A stretch of 32,000 nt of DNA from Microcystis aeruginosa NIES-843 (GCF_000010625.1 NC_010296.1:4740001-4772000); one strand, 5' to 3'. Positions 7,065 through 18,482 are shown, counted from the first letter of the stretch. Made by a program: numbers and translations. The notes: generated from the letters alone by a model not told the origin.

Positions 7065-9215
7065 ATGAGCTACATTGACCGGAATCAATTTTCTGCAACT
7101 TTCGACATCGCCATTATCGGGGGAGGATTTAGTGGTTCCCTCGTGACGGCGAACCTGTTACGCGACACGGGGACTCCATTATCGATCGCCCTGATCGAGC
7201 GCCGAAAACCCCTCGGTACGGGGATCGCCTACGGAACGCGAGACAGCGGCCACCTGCTCAATATTCCTGCGGGCAAAATGAGCGCCTTCGAGGACGATCC
7301 CGAACATTTCCTCCACTGGTTAGCGGATAACGGCTATCGATCGATCGATCCGGCCAGCTTCGTACCGCGTCTAGTGTACGGCAAATACATCCGATCGATC
7401 CTAGAAGAAGCGCGGGACAACGCCATTGCCGATCACCGTCTGGAAACATTTACCGATGCGGCGATCGATCTGGTACTCGACGGGGAAAAGGCGACAATTA
7501 CCCTCAAAGGAGGCAAGAAAATCAGCGCCGCTAAAGTAGTTCTGGCGCTGGGCAATTTTCCCGCAACGGTTCCCCAACCCCTCGCGTCTCTCAATTCCCT
7601 CTATCTCCGCGACGCTTGGGAGACGGACACACTCGCCGAGCTAAAACCCGACGGGACGATTCTGCTCGTCGGTACGGGGTTAACGATGGTGGATATGGTG
7701 GTTTCCCTGGCACAAAGGGGATTCACGGGCAAAATCCACGCAGTTTCCCGTCATGGCCTGATCCCTCGATCGCACCGACCCACCGATCCCTATCCCCCGT
7801 TCCTCACCCTCGAAACCGCGCCCCAGACCACCCGGGGACTCCTACGGCAGATTCGCGCGGAGGTAAAAACCGCCGAGAGTCGAGGTCACGACTGGCGGGC
7901 CGTTTTAAACGCCTTACGCCCGATATCTCAAGGTCTATGGCATTGTCTGCCGATAGCGGAACGCGCCAGATTTCTACGCCACCTGAAAGCCTATTGGGAG
8001 GTTCTTCGCCATCGCGTCGCCGACGAGATCGCCGGTATCCTCGACGAGGCCGTAGAATCGGGACAATTAACCTATCATGGGGGAAGAATTGAAACTGCTG
8101 AGGTTAAAAACGGCTGTGTAGAGGTTACTATCCGTCAACGGGGGACGGGAAACCTGTTAAACCTAACGATCGATCGAATTATTAACTGTACCGGCGCGGG
8201 TAACGATTACCGGACGATCACCGATCCCCTCGTCGTTCATCTTCGCCAACGGGGGTTAATCCGTCCCCATCCCCTAGGTTGTGGCATCGAAACCGCGGAC
8301 AACGGGGCGATTCTCCGGCCAGACGGTACGGCATCGGACACGCTGTACAGCTTGGGAAATCCCCGCAAAGGCGATCTCTGGGAAACCACCGCCATTCCCG
8401 AACTGCGTTTACAGGCGGCCGAACTGGCCCGGGATTTGTTGCGATCGCTGAAAGAGAGAATTTCTCTCCCCACGGCCTACTCGATCGCATTCCGGCCGGC
8501 AGCGCCGATTTTCCGCCAGCTTTTTGATAGGGAATCGAGTACCTACACCTATCTGATCGCTGATTCGGGTACGGGGGAGGCGATTTTAATTGATCCGGTC
8601 CTCGAACAGGTTGATCGCGATCGGCAGATTCTTTGGCAGTTGGGGTTAACTCTAGGCTACACGATGGAAACCCATGTCCACGCCGACCATATCACCGGAG
8701 CGCACCGCTTACGGGAGTTAACCAACTGTTCGATCCTCGTTCCCGAAAACGCCGAAGTGAGCGATATCGATGGTTATGTACGCGATGGCGACCTCTGGAC
8801 CGTGGCAGGTCAGCAGCTAAAAGCGATCGCCACTCCAGGCCACACCGATAGTCATATAGCCTATCTCATCGATGAAAAACGCCTATTAACGGGGGATGCA
8901 CTCTTAATTCGCGGTTGCGGTCGTACCGATTTTCAGAACGGTTCGCCGGAAGTACTATACAAGACGGTGACGGAGAAGTTATTCACTCTCCCCGATGATA
9001 CGCTTGTTTATCCCTGTCACGATTATCTGGGAAGAACGGTCTCCTCGATCGGTGAGGAAAAGCGCTGGAATCCCCGTTTCGCCGGCCGCAATCGTCAGGA
9101 TTTTATTCAGTTAATGAATAATCTCAATCTCCCCTATCCCAAGAAGATGACTGCGGCCTTAAGTGCCAACGCACGGGGTGGTAAGGTGGTTTTCGTCATG
9201 GATTATCAGATTTGA
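7065..9215 (+). CDS. Fusion protein: N-terminal FAD/NAD(P)-binding oxidoreductase domain plus C-terminal ETHE1-type persulfide dioxygenase (metallo-beta-lactamase fold)
   Basis: The N-terminus has the Rossmann motif DIAIIGGGFSGS and a second dinucleotide fold, LLVGTGLTMVDMV. The C-terminal ~240 aa read FRQLFDRESSTYTYLIAD...IDPV...ETHVHADHITGA...TPGHTDSH...TGDALLIRGCGRTDFQNG...YPCHDY...NPR, the pattern I recall for ETHE1/PDO. Confidence 0.85.
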   Translation: MSYIDRNQFSATFDIAIIGGGFSGSLVTANLLRDTGTPLSIALIERRKPLGTGIAYGTRDSGHLLNIPAGKMSAFEDDPEHFLHWLADNGYRSIDPASFVPRLVYGKYIRSILEEARDNAIADHRLETFTDAAIDLVLDGEKATITLKGGKKISAAKVVLALGNFPATVPQPLASLNSLYLRDAWETDTLAELKPDGTILLVGTGLTMVDMVVSLAQRGFTGKIHAVSRHGLIPRSHRPTDPYPPFLTLETAPQTTRGLLRQIRAEVKTAESRGHDWRAVLNALRPISQGLWHCLPIAERARFLRHLKAYWEVLRHRVADEIAGILDEAVESGQLTYHGGRIETAEVKNGCVEVTIRQRGTGNLLNLTIDRIINCTGAGNDYRTITDPLVVHLRQRGLIRPHPLGCGIETADNGAILRPDGTASDTLYSLGNPRKGDLWETTAIPELRLQAAELARDLLRSLKERISLPTAYSIAFRPAAPIFRQLFDRESSTYTYLIADSGTGEAILIDPVLEQVDRDRQILWQLGLTLGYTMETHVHADHITGAHRLRELTNCSILVPENAEVSDIDGYVRDGDLWTVAGQQLKAIATPGHTDSHIAYLIDEKRLLTGDALLIRGCGRTDFQNGSPEVLYKTVTEKLFTLPDDTLVYPCHDYLGRTVSSIGEEKRWNPRFAGRNRQDFIQLMNNLNLPYPKKMTAALSANARGGKVVFVMDYQI

Positions 9216-9570
9216 CATCCTCGCCGCCGTAAAACGGACGGCGATTCCTCACCACGCCACTTTTTTAGGGTGGTCGCGTCAACGGGGTTGACGCTTCACC
9301 GAAAAACGCTTAATTGCTTAAGTCTGACTCTTTCGACCCGTCCGTTTTGAGTGTCCGGATGCCCTCCGGCCACTTTGAACAAGTCGAAAAAATCTAATGT
9401 TCAACCTTATTTCCTAGAAAGTTTTACTCGTTCAAGGCCGAATTTGAATTCTTTTCTGAACAAAACCCCCTACTATCTGTTGTCAAGGTTCAGTTTTTAG
9501 CTTGGTTATCGCTTTTTCCATTGTAGCTTAAAGCCGTCCTAAAAGGACGGGGTTTTAACCCAAATTTTCG
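9212..9570 (-). mobile_element. TnpB-less miniature derivative of an IS200/IS605-family element (359 bp), both ends retained
   Basis: On the minus strand the left end CGAAAATTTGGGTTAAAACCCCGTCCTTTTAGGACGGCTTTA and the right end GGAATCGCCGTCCGTTTTACGGCGGCGAGGATGTCAA match the ends of the tnpB element at 15467-16788. A trace of the tnpB start (ATGGAAAAAGC) is retained. The flanking motif 5' of the left end is TTTAT. Confidence 0.8.
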
Positions 9571-9647
9571 ATAAACGGGCAAGCGATTGATCGCCCCGTC
9601 GGTCCTGCGCTACACTGGATAACGAAACACCAGAGGAGTAAAAGCCC

Positions 9648-9821
9648 ATTCCTACTGCCGCGCAACAGCTAACCTGTTTTATTTTAAGTTATTGGGCAAC
9701 GAAGATGTATTTGCCCGTTAATATTGTTCGGATTGACGAAAGAACGGGAAATATCTTTTTTCTCGCTGGGGAAGAGCAAGAAATTATTATTTTTAAAAAT
9801 GGCGATTGGAGGTATGTATGA
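9648..9821 (+). CDS. Small DUF6888-like protein (not in ORF track); probable ATT start, or a truncated 38-aa form from the ATG at 9705
   Basis: The frame is open from 9642 and reads (I)PTAAQQLTCFILSYWATKMYLPVNIVRIDERTGNIFFLAGEEQEIIIFKNGDWRYV*. GAGGAG at 9633-9638 lies 9 nt before the ATT at 9648. The TGA at 9819-9821 overlaps the next gene's ATG at 9818 (ATGA). The family name is from memory. Confidence 0.55.
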   Translation: MPTAAQQLTCFILSYWATKMYLPVNIVRIDERTGNIFFLAGEEQEIIIFKNGDWRYV

Positions 9822-10030
9822 TAAAACGCGAGTTTGAATCGATGAGTCGCGAGGAACTACGGAGTTATATTCTCGAACATAGAGAGGACGAGAGGGCCTT
9901 TCAAATTTATCTCGATCGGGTGACGGCCGAACCGGGAGAAATTTATCCCGCACCGCGTTCGATCGAGGATTTAAGTCATTTTCCCGAACTGGTAGCGAAA
10001 AATCGCCGCGATAAACAACAGAAAATATAA
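9818..10030 (+). CDS. Small DUF6887-like cyanobacterial protein
   Basis: The product is MIKREFESMSREELRSYILEHREDERAFQIYLDRV...IEDLSHFPELV. GGAGG at 9808-9812 precedes the ATG at 9818. The track's TTG at 9806 is less likely. Confidence 0.7.
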   Translation: MIKREFESMSREELRSYILEHREDERAFQIYLDRVTAEPGEIYPAPRSIEDLSHFPELVAKNRRDKQQKI

Positions 10031-10043
10031 AGCCAATGCACTA

Positions 10044-10631
10044 TTATTTACAGATTTTATACGTTTTCTCGAAAAGCGCGATCCCGTAATTTTCTAGAAA
10101 CTCGATCGCTAGAGATTTCCAAGTCGCATCATCTCTAGGATAAAATTCGGGTGTACAGACATACGCCTCTAGATTCAAGTCTAGATAGTTTTTGTCCAGC
10201 CTTGCGTCGAAATAACTGATCGTGTTGCTTAATTGATTGATCGCTTTACAACGATTTTCAGTAACTTTTTTGGCGCTGGTTGCATTGAATTTAAATTCGA
10301 CAAAGCAGAAATCACTTTTATCGAAAAATACACAATCACAATGGGAAGTTCCAAATCCTAAAAGACCTTTTCTGCCATCAATAGGGATAAAGCCAATTAT
10401 TGTATTGTTGCTAACCTTGAATGTTTTAGTGTCGTCGAAATCGTTAATTAAAATGTCCTCATCGTTCAAGTTAATAGTACAAGTCGAATTCACGGGAATA
10501 TCGATAATGATAAAAGACTGACCATTGTAGTCGATAATTAGAAACTCATGTCTCTCCTCGATTTGTATAAATTGATCGAGTTTGTCTATTTTTTGGGATA
10601 GATAGCTTTTGATTTCGTCAAACTCTGTCAT
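10044..10631 (-). CDS. Unknown 195-aa protein with a PD-(D/E)xK-like signature; putative nuclease effector
   Basis: The start overlaps the upstream ATPase stop (ATGA at 10628-10631). Residues HCD99CVFFDKSDFCFVE112FK114 (DNA 10290-10337) fit D-x12-E-x-K on alternating hydrophobic strands. The gene is AT-rich and contains no HIP1 site. Confidence 0.6.
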   Translation of the reverse strand: MTEFDEIKSYLSQKIDKLDQFIQIEERHEFLIIDYNGQSFIIIDIPVNSTCTINLNDEDILINDFDDTKTFKVSNNTIIGFIPIDGRKGLLGFGTSHCDCVFFDKSDFCFVEFKFNATSAKKVTENRCKAINQLSNTISYFDARLDKNYLDLNLEAYVCTPEFYPRDDATWKSLAIEFLENYGIALFEKTYKICK

Positions 10632-12046
10632 TTGCGTTTAAACGTTCTAGCGTGAATATTATATAGCTTATTAAATTCCCCTCCCATCATTTCGGATACG
10701 GTATCTAGATAATTCTGAGCGATCAATCCCGTGTTACTATCAAAAATAGATTCACAATAATTAGCCTCTTCGTCTAAAGATTGATTTCCTAGAGAGTACG
10801 CCGAAAATTCAGCCGCATTCAACCAGTAATCTTCTGGTATTATTTCCGACACTTCAGACTGTGCCGATGGATTTTTTTCAACAACTCTTTTGGCGAATAG
10901 TAAATTATTAAAAACCGATAAAATATAAGGACTGTGGGTAGTGATAATTAATTGATTATCTTCATTCCGATTAACCATTATCGCTAATAATTCAATTAAA
11001 TGTTTTTGGGCAACTGGAAATAAATGCGCTTCTGGTTCCTCTATAATTCTCAAAATTATCGAACCATAAATAATATTTAAAAAGATGTCCTGTAAAATTC
11101 TAATACATTCCTGCTGACCAGATGAAGCATTACGAAGATCAATAGAATATCGCTCGTTTTTGTTAAATATAATCTTTTCTTCAGAATTGCCAATTAAGTA
11201 TTCACCTTTTAATATTAAATCTATTTTATTTTTTATCACTCTTAAATACTCAATTCCTTTTTTATTTGCCTGATAGTTAATTAATCCATCAAAGCCAGAA
11301 AATTTTCTAAAAATTTGTTTAATAAGTTCCACTTTTTCTATAAATTGTAGCATTAAAAATTCATCTATCATTTGCAGTTTGTTAGCAAAATATTTTTTAC
11401 TATTTTCTTTTAAATCAATTTCAATACTTGCAAATAAATATTTCTCAAATAAGTCAGAATAAGTTACCGTTGCATTTCTTCCAGCAATTATAAATAGTAA
11501 ATCTTCTTGCTCGTTTTCAAATAAATTATTCAATAACTTTGATAGATATTGATAGGATAAACTATACTGGGTCAAATTATCTATTTTGATATATGGTTTT
11601 TCGGAGTTATCAATATTTTTTTTGGACAAATTAATATAATCTGCAAAACCGTTTTTGAACTGTTCATCTAAAAAATTTTCGCTAAATATTAAGCATAAAT
11701 TTTTATTTAAATCAAGATTCAATTGTATATATCTATTTTTTTGAAAACTATAATAAAATCTAACCTCAAAATTCAAAAAATTGAGCGTAGAACCAAAAAA
11801 ATCATAAAACTTTATTTTTATAAATTCTCTAAAATAAGTATCAATATCTGTATATTTCGGTATTTTTTCTTGGGCGAATAAAAAACTTTCAGATTTTAGA
11901 TTTTCTTTTAATGATTTAAAAAAATAAATCAATTTAGCGATCGTACTCTTGCCGCTTGCCTGTTCACCGATTAAAACTAGAACCTTTTTAATCTCGATTT
12001 CAGCGTACTCGATCGCTCCGAAATTTTTAATGATAATTTTTTGCAT
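10628..12046 (-). CDS. ABC/AAA_21-type ATPase (SMC/OLD-like P-loop NTPase)
   Basis: Walker A is GEQASGKST (aa 27-35), followed by a long helical insertion. The signature-like motif is ASSGQQE, Walker B is ILRIIEEPEAHLFP, and the H-loop is ITTHSP. Confidence 0.85.
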   Translation of the reverse strand: MQKIIIKNFGAIEYAEIEIKKVLVLIGEQASGKSTIAKLIYFFKSLKENLKSESFLFAQEKIPKYTDIDTYFREFIKIKFYDFFGSTLNFLNFEVRFYYSFQKNRYIQLNLDLNKNLCLIFSENFLDEQFKNGFADYINLSKKNIDNSEKPYIKIDNLTQYSLSYQYLSKLLNNLFENEQEDLLFIIAGRNATVTYSDLFEKYLFASIEIDLKENSKKYFANKLQMIDEFLMLQFIEKVELIKQIFRKFSGFDGLINYQANKKGIEYLRVIKNKIDLILKGEYLIGNSEEKIIFNKNERYSIDLRNASSGQQECIRILQDIFLNIIYGSIILRIIEEPEAHLFPVAQKHLIELLAIMVNRNEDNQLIITTHSPYILSVFNNLLFAKRVVEKNPSAQSEVSEIIPEDYWLNAAEFSAYSLGNQSLDEEANYCESIFDSNTGLIAQNYLDTVSEMMGGEFNKLYNIHARTFKRK

Positions 12047-12097
12047 AGATGCGTGCGCTCTCTATCCGGCTATAGACCATAGTACCGCAAGCGCTCT

Positions 12098-12822
12098 CTA
12101 CCCCACCATCCCCAACCCGCGACCATTTCCCATTTCCCACCCATTCCCGAAAGTCACGAGAAGATCATTCAACGCTTCCATATCGCCATCCATTAAAAAT
12201 GCGTCGTGACCGTGCGGCGATCGCAACCAGAATAATTCAGAATTGGGGATGTATTTCGCCAACTCCTCTTGTTCCACGGGAGGATAAAGAAGATCCGAAT
12301 CGATCGCCACGATCGCCGTCGGTTGTTGAATCGACTGTAAAACCGATTCGTAACTTTTTCCCGTCCGGGTGACATCATGACGATCCATCGCCCTACTTAG
12401 GGTGATATAAGCATTCGCGTCAAAACGTTCGACTAACTTTCTCCCCTGATATTCTAAATAGCGGGCGATCGTAAACTCTCCCCCCTCCCCGTACTCCCGG
12501 CCGAAACGGGACTCGAAACTGGCGTGCGATCGGTAGGTAGTCATCGCCATCATCCGGGCTGCCGATAAACCCCGGGACGGAGGGCGATCGAGCGCATAAT
12601 TTCCCCCTTGCCAATGGGGATCGGCATAGATCGCTCCCCTTTGAGCCTCTCCTAGTGCGATACACCAGGCCGAATGTCGTCCCGAAGCGGCGATGACAGC
12701 GATCGAGCGCGTCTTCTCCGGGTACAGTAGCGCCCACTCCAAAACCTGCATCCCTCCCAAGGAACCCCCGATCACCAACCGCAAAGACTCGATCCCCAAT
12801 GCGTCCACCAACAGCCGTTGTA
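12098..12822 (-). pseudogene. metX: Homoserine O-acetyltransferase, C-terminal fragment (gene split by IS630)
   Basis: The fragment reads QRLLVDALGIESLRLVIGGSLGGMQVLEWALLYPE...SPHGHDAFL, with the alpha/beta-hydrolase nucleophile elbow GGSLGG. It joins 13961-14329 across a TA duplication. Confidence 0.85.
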
Positions 12823-13960
12823 TACTTTAGACGTTCATAATCTGAGATTTATTAAACTTCTGAAATCGTAGAGTCAGCAAGGAATACAGTTCTTTTTTAT
12901 GTTTCAAATGGGCATCATTCAAACATTCATAAATGGCTGAAGAAAAGTCAGAAAAGTTTTCATAGTATTTACCATACAAACATTTCTTTTTGACAAATTT
13001 CCACAGCCTTTCAATTAAATTTAGATTAGGCGAATAAGACGGCAAATAGAGTAGCTCTATTGACAAAGAAAGAGCCAATTTTTCAACAATTTTACATTTT
13101 TGATAGCGGGCATTATCTAAGACTAGAGTGATGGGAATAGTTATTCCTAAAGCAGCTATTTTTGACCGGAGTTCACAGACTTGAGTTGCTGTAATATAAG
13201 TGTCATTCGTAACCAGAATAACTTCATGAGTTATTGCATTTAATGCTCCTAAAACATTGAAGCGTTTACGCCCGCTCGGTGACTTAACAAAAAGTCTCTC
13301 AAAACACCAAACAAAACCGAGAAATGCTCCCATGACGAAGTGAGCGGCATCAACAAAAAAAACAGCCCTTTTTCCTTCTTTAGCCTCATTTAGTCTGGGT
13401 TCTAGCTTTTTTTCTTTGTAGTCCTCTTGTTCATCTGGGTCAGCTTTAGAAGGAAGAGAACCTACTTTTAAACATTTCATTCCCATTGATTTTAAAAATT
13501 TTCTCACTTGGGTAGGACTTCGTTTTATTCCCGTTAATTCTTCTCTCCTATATACAGCTTCATTTATTGTGGCTGGTGGATTTTTCTCGAAGTATTTTTT
13601 GAGCGTTTCTTTTTGAGACTCTAATTCACTTTTAGGGCGATAGAAGTTGATTTCTTTTAATTTTTCTATTCCGCCTTCTTCATAATCTCGAAGATAGGTT
13701 AATAAGGTATTTGGCGAGATTCCTGCTAACTGACAAATTTTTTTGTGCGGTATCTTTTGGCTCTTTAACCAGAGAACTTCCATCTTCAGTTGAACCCGGG
13801 GATGGGGATGATGAAATCTTTCCTAAGACAGTGAGTTCTTTTCTTCTTCCGTGAATTCTAGGTTAATCATGTTTTTAATGAGTGCTTTGCTTCTAATTAT
13901 GACTCTTAAACTATATTATTGTCCTTGAGTAAAAAATGCAAGTTGTAGCCGTGCAAAGTA
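12823..13960 (-). mobile_element. Second IS630-family insertion sequence (1138 bp), TA duplication, inserted in metX
   Basis: TA is present at 12821-12822 and 13961-13962. The ends are TACTTTAGACG... and the reverse complement TACTTTGCACG.... Removing the element restores gat ctg gtt cac cTA caa cgg ctg, which reads DLVHLQRL in MetX. Confidence 0.85.
12827..13870 (-). CDS. IS630-family transposase carrying an in-frame TAG at codon 16 (track ORF 12827-13783 is the part after the stop)
   Basis: From the ATG at 13870 the frame reads MINLEFTEEEKNSLS*ERFHHPHPRVQLKMEVLWLKSQKIPHKKICQLAGISPNTL..., with the TAG at 13825-13823. The DDE core includes FVDAAHF, VLDNARYQK and SPNLNLIERLW. Confidence 0.8.
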
Positions 13961-14329
13961 TAGGTGAACCAGATCCCGAATGGTGATCTCCGGGAAAGTC
14001 GGACCGTAGGGTTTACCGGTACGGGGATCGATCGAAGTGGGGCCGGTTGTCCCGTAGCAACTGCCGAGAATATTGCTACAGACAATAAAATCCCGGGTCG
14101 GATCGAGAACGCGTCCGGTTCCTAACAAAGGTTCCCACCAAGCTTCCACGTCGGCCCATCCCGTGAAGGCATGACAGACAATAACCCCGTTATCCCGCTT
14201 GTTATTCAAAATTCCCCAGGTTCGATAGGCGATCCGCACCCTTTCGAGAACCGCCCCCGATTCGAGAACAAAAGGATGCGGTGGGGAATAGAAACGGGTT
14301 TCTGGGGAGATCAAGTCTAGGCGATCCAT
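13961..14329 (-). pseudogene. metX: Homoserine O-acetyltransferase, N-terminal fragment
   Basis: The fragment reads MDRLDLISPETRFYSPPHPFVLESGAVLERVRIAYRTWG...VCHAFTG...FIVCSNILGSCYGTTGPTS...FPEITIRDLVHL. The track ORF then reads on into IS sequence. Confidence 0.85.
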
Positions 14330-14344
14330 GGGCAGGGTGGTGGG

Positions 14345-17112
<2,768 letters not shown>

Positions 17113-17604
17113 TCAATTTATCGAGATATCCTGTATACAGAATATCTTTTATGCCGAAACTAGATTGTGTTAAGGTAATTGCTACAAAAGAAAGTACCAG
17201 CTAGACTGGTGGAATGAGAATGTACCATTTAAGACAAGGGAAATTTTGTTATAATTGTTTCTGGATAATCCCGATTCCTTTCTTGGACAAATAAATGCTT
17301 TTTTGGTCAAGTTTCTGACTAAAACTAACGAGATAATCGTTTTGATTCATGATTAGTAAAACATTTAATCGGCGACTATGGTAACTATAAATAGACAATT
17401 ATTTCCCGATATTTTGCCAGCCAGAAGGAAAAAATAACGAGGCTAAATCTGACTTCATCTAAATAATATAGGACAACTTTACCTTCATTTTCTAGTTGAT
17501 AAAATTCTTAAGGTAGATAAAAATATCGCTAATTATCAACATAAAATTAGTCATTTTATTTATTTGCAAAACTATCCTATCAACCATCTATATTATCAAT
17601 TAAA

Positions 17605-18411
17605 ATGCTCAAAATTCGTCTTTTAGCTAGACCAAGTAATCTCTTTTTTTTGTTATTAATTTTGGCGATTATTTTTAATCCTTTCGTGATTGTTAATGCG
17701 GGAGAAAGAGGAGTTTTAATGGTCTTTGGTCAAGTACAGGATAAAATACTTAATGAGGGTATTCACGGGATTATTCCCGTTGTTAACACGGTGAAAAAAC
17801 TAAGTGTGAGAATTCAAAAACAACAGATAGCGGCCGAAGCTTCCTCCAAAGACCTACAGGAAGTATTCACAGATGTGGCCCTGAATTGGCATATTTTAGC
17901 ATCAGAAGTTAATACTATTTTTCAACAAATTGGCGATGAAGCGGCTGTCATTGAACGAGTGATCGATCCAGCAGTGGAGGAAATTCTCAAGGCAGTTATG
18001 GCTAAATATACCGCCGAAGAATTAATTACTAAACGGGAGGAGGTGAAAGGGGAAGTAGATATTCGTTTGAGCGAAAGACTGAAAAATTATCATATCGGTG
18101 TCGATGATATTTCTTTGGTTCATGTCAATTTTTCCGATCGCTTTACCGATGCGGTGGAAGCCAAACAAATTGCCGAACAGGAGGCCAAAAAAGCCGGTTT
18201 TATGGTGCTGAAAGCCTTGAAAGAATCGGAAGTAAAAATCAATCTGGCTAAGGGAGAGGCGGCAGCTCATCGCATTCTCCAAGATTCCTTAAGTCCAGAA
18301 GTTTTACAGAACAAAGCGATCGAAAGATGGGACGGTAAACTTCCCCTATTTATGGATGATAATCTGCTTAAGTCCCTTGAATTGGCTAAAGATAAGCGAA
18401 AAACTAGATGA
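17605..18411 (+). CDS. SPFH/band-7 (prohibitin-like) membrane protein
   Basis: An N-terminal TM helix is followed by GERGVLMVFGQV...GIHGIIPVVNTV and a coiled C-terminal region (AKQIAEQEAKKA). Confidence 0.85.
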   Translation: MLKIRLLARPSNLFFLLLILAIIFNPFVIVNAGERGVLMVFGQVQDKILNEGIHGIIPVVNTVKKLSVRIQKQQIAAEASSKDLQEVFTDVALNWHILASEVNTIFQQIGDEAAVIERVIDPAVEEILKAVMAKYTAEELITKREEVKGEVDIRLSERLKNYHIGVDDISLVHVNFSDRFTDAVEAKQIAEQEAKKAGFMVLKALKESEVKINLAKGEAAAHRILQDSLSPEVLQNKAIERWDGKLPLFMDDNLLKSLELAKDKRKTR

Positions 18412-18482
18412 TAAAAACAATTTATTAAAACCATAAGAAAGAATACTTGATTTTATTGAAGTTCACTGCGAGGAACTCCTCT

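Noticed and set aside
7258-8851. Multiple 60-160 aa ORFs on both strands inside the FAD-PDO gene (7258-7449, 7616-8092, 8218-8490, 8237-8473, 8279-8527, 8633-8851).
   Set aside because: They lie wholly within a 716-aa ORF that has clear domain motifs. Their products are rich in Arg, Pro, Gly and Ser, as expected for off-frame reading of GC-rich coding DNA. None has a convincing RBS.
7065-9215. GC-rich blocks (also cpcBA, cysK, metYX and 27646-29118) considered as horizontally acquired islands.
   Set aside because: Most of these blocks carry core metabolic genes and multiple HIP1 octamers, so they represent native composition. The AT-rich, HIP1-poor segments are the better candidates for foreign DNA. 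The PSD-like gene remains ambiguous.
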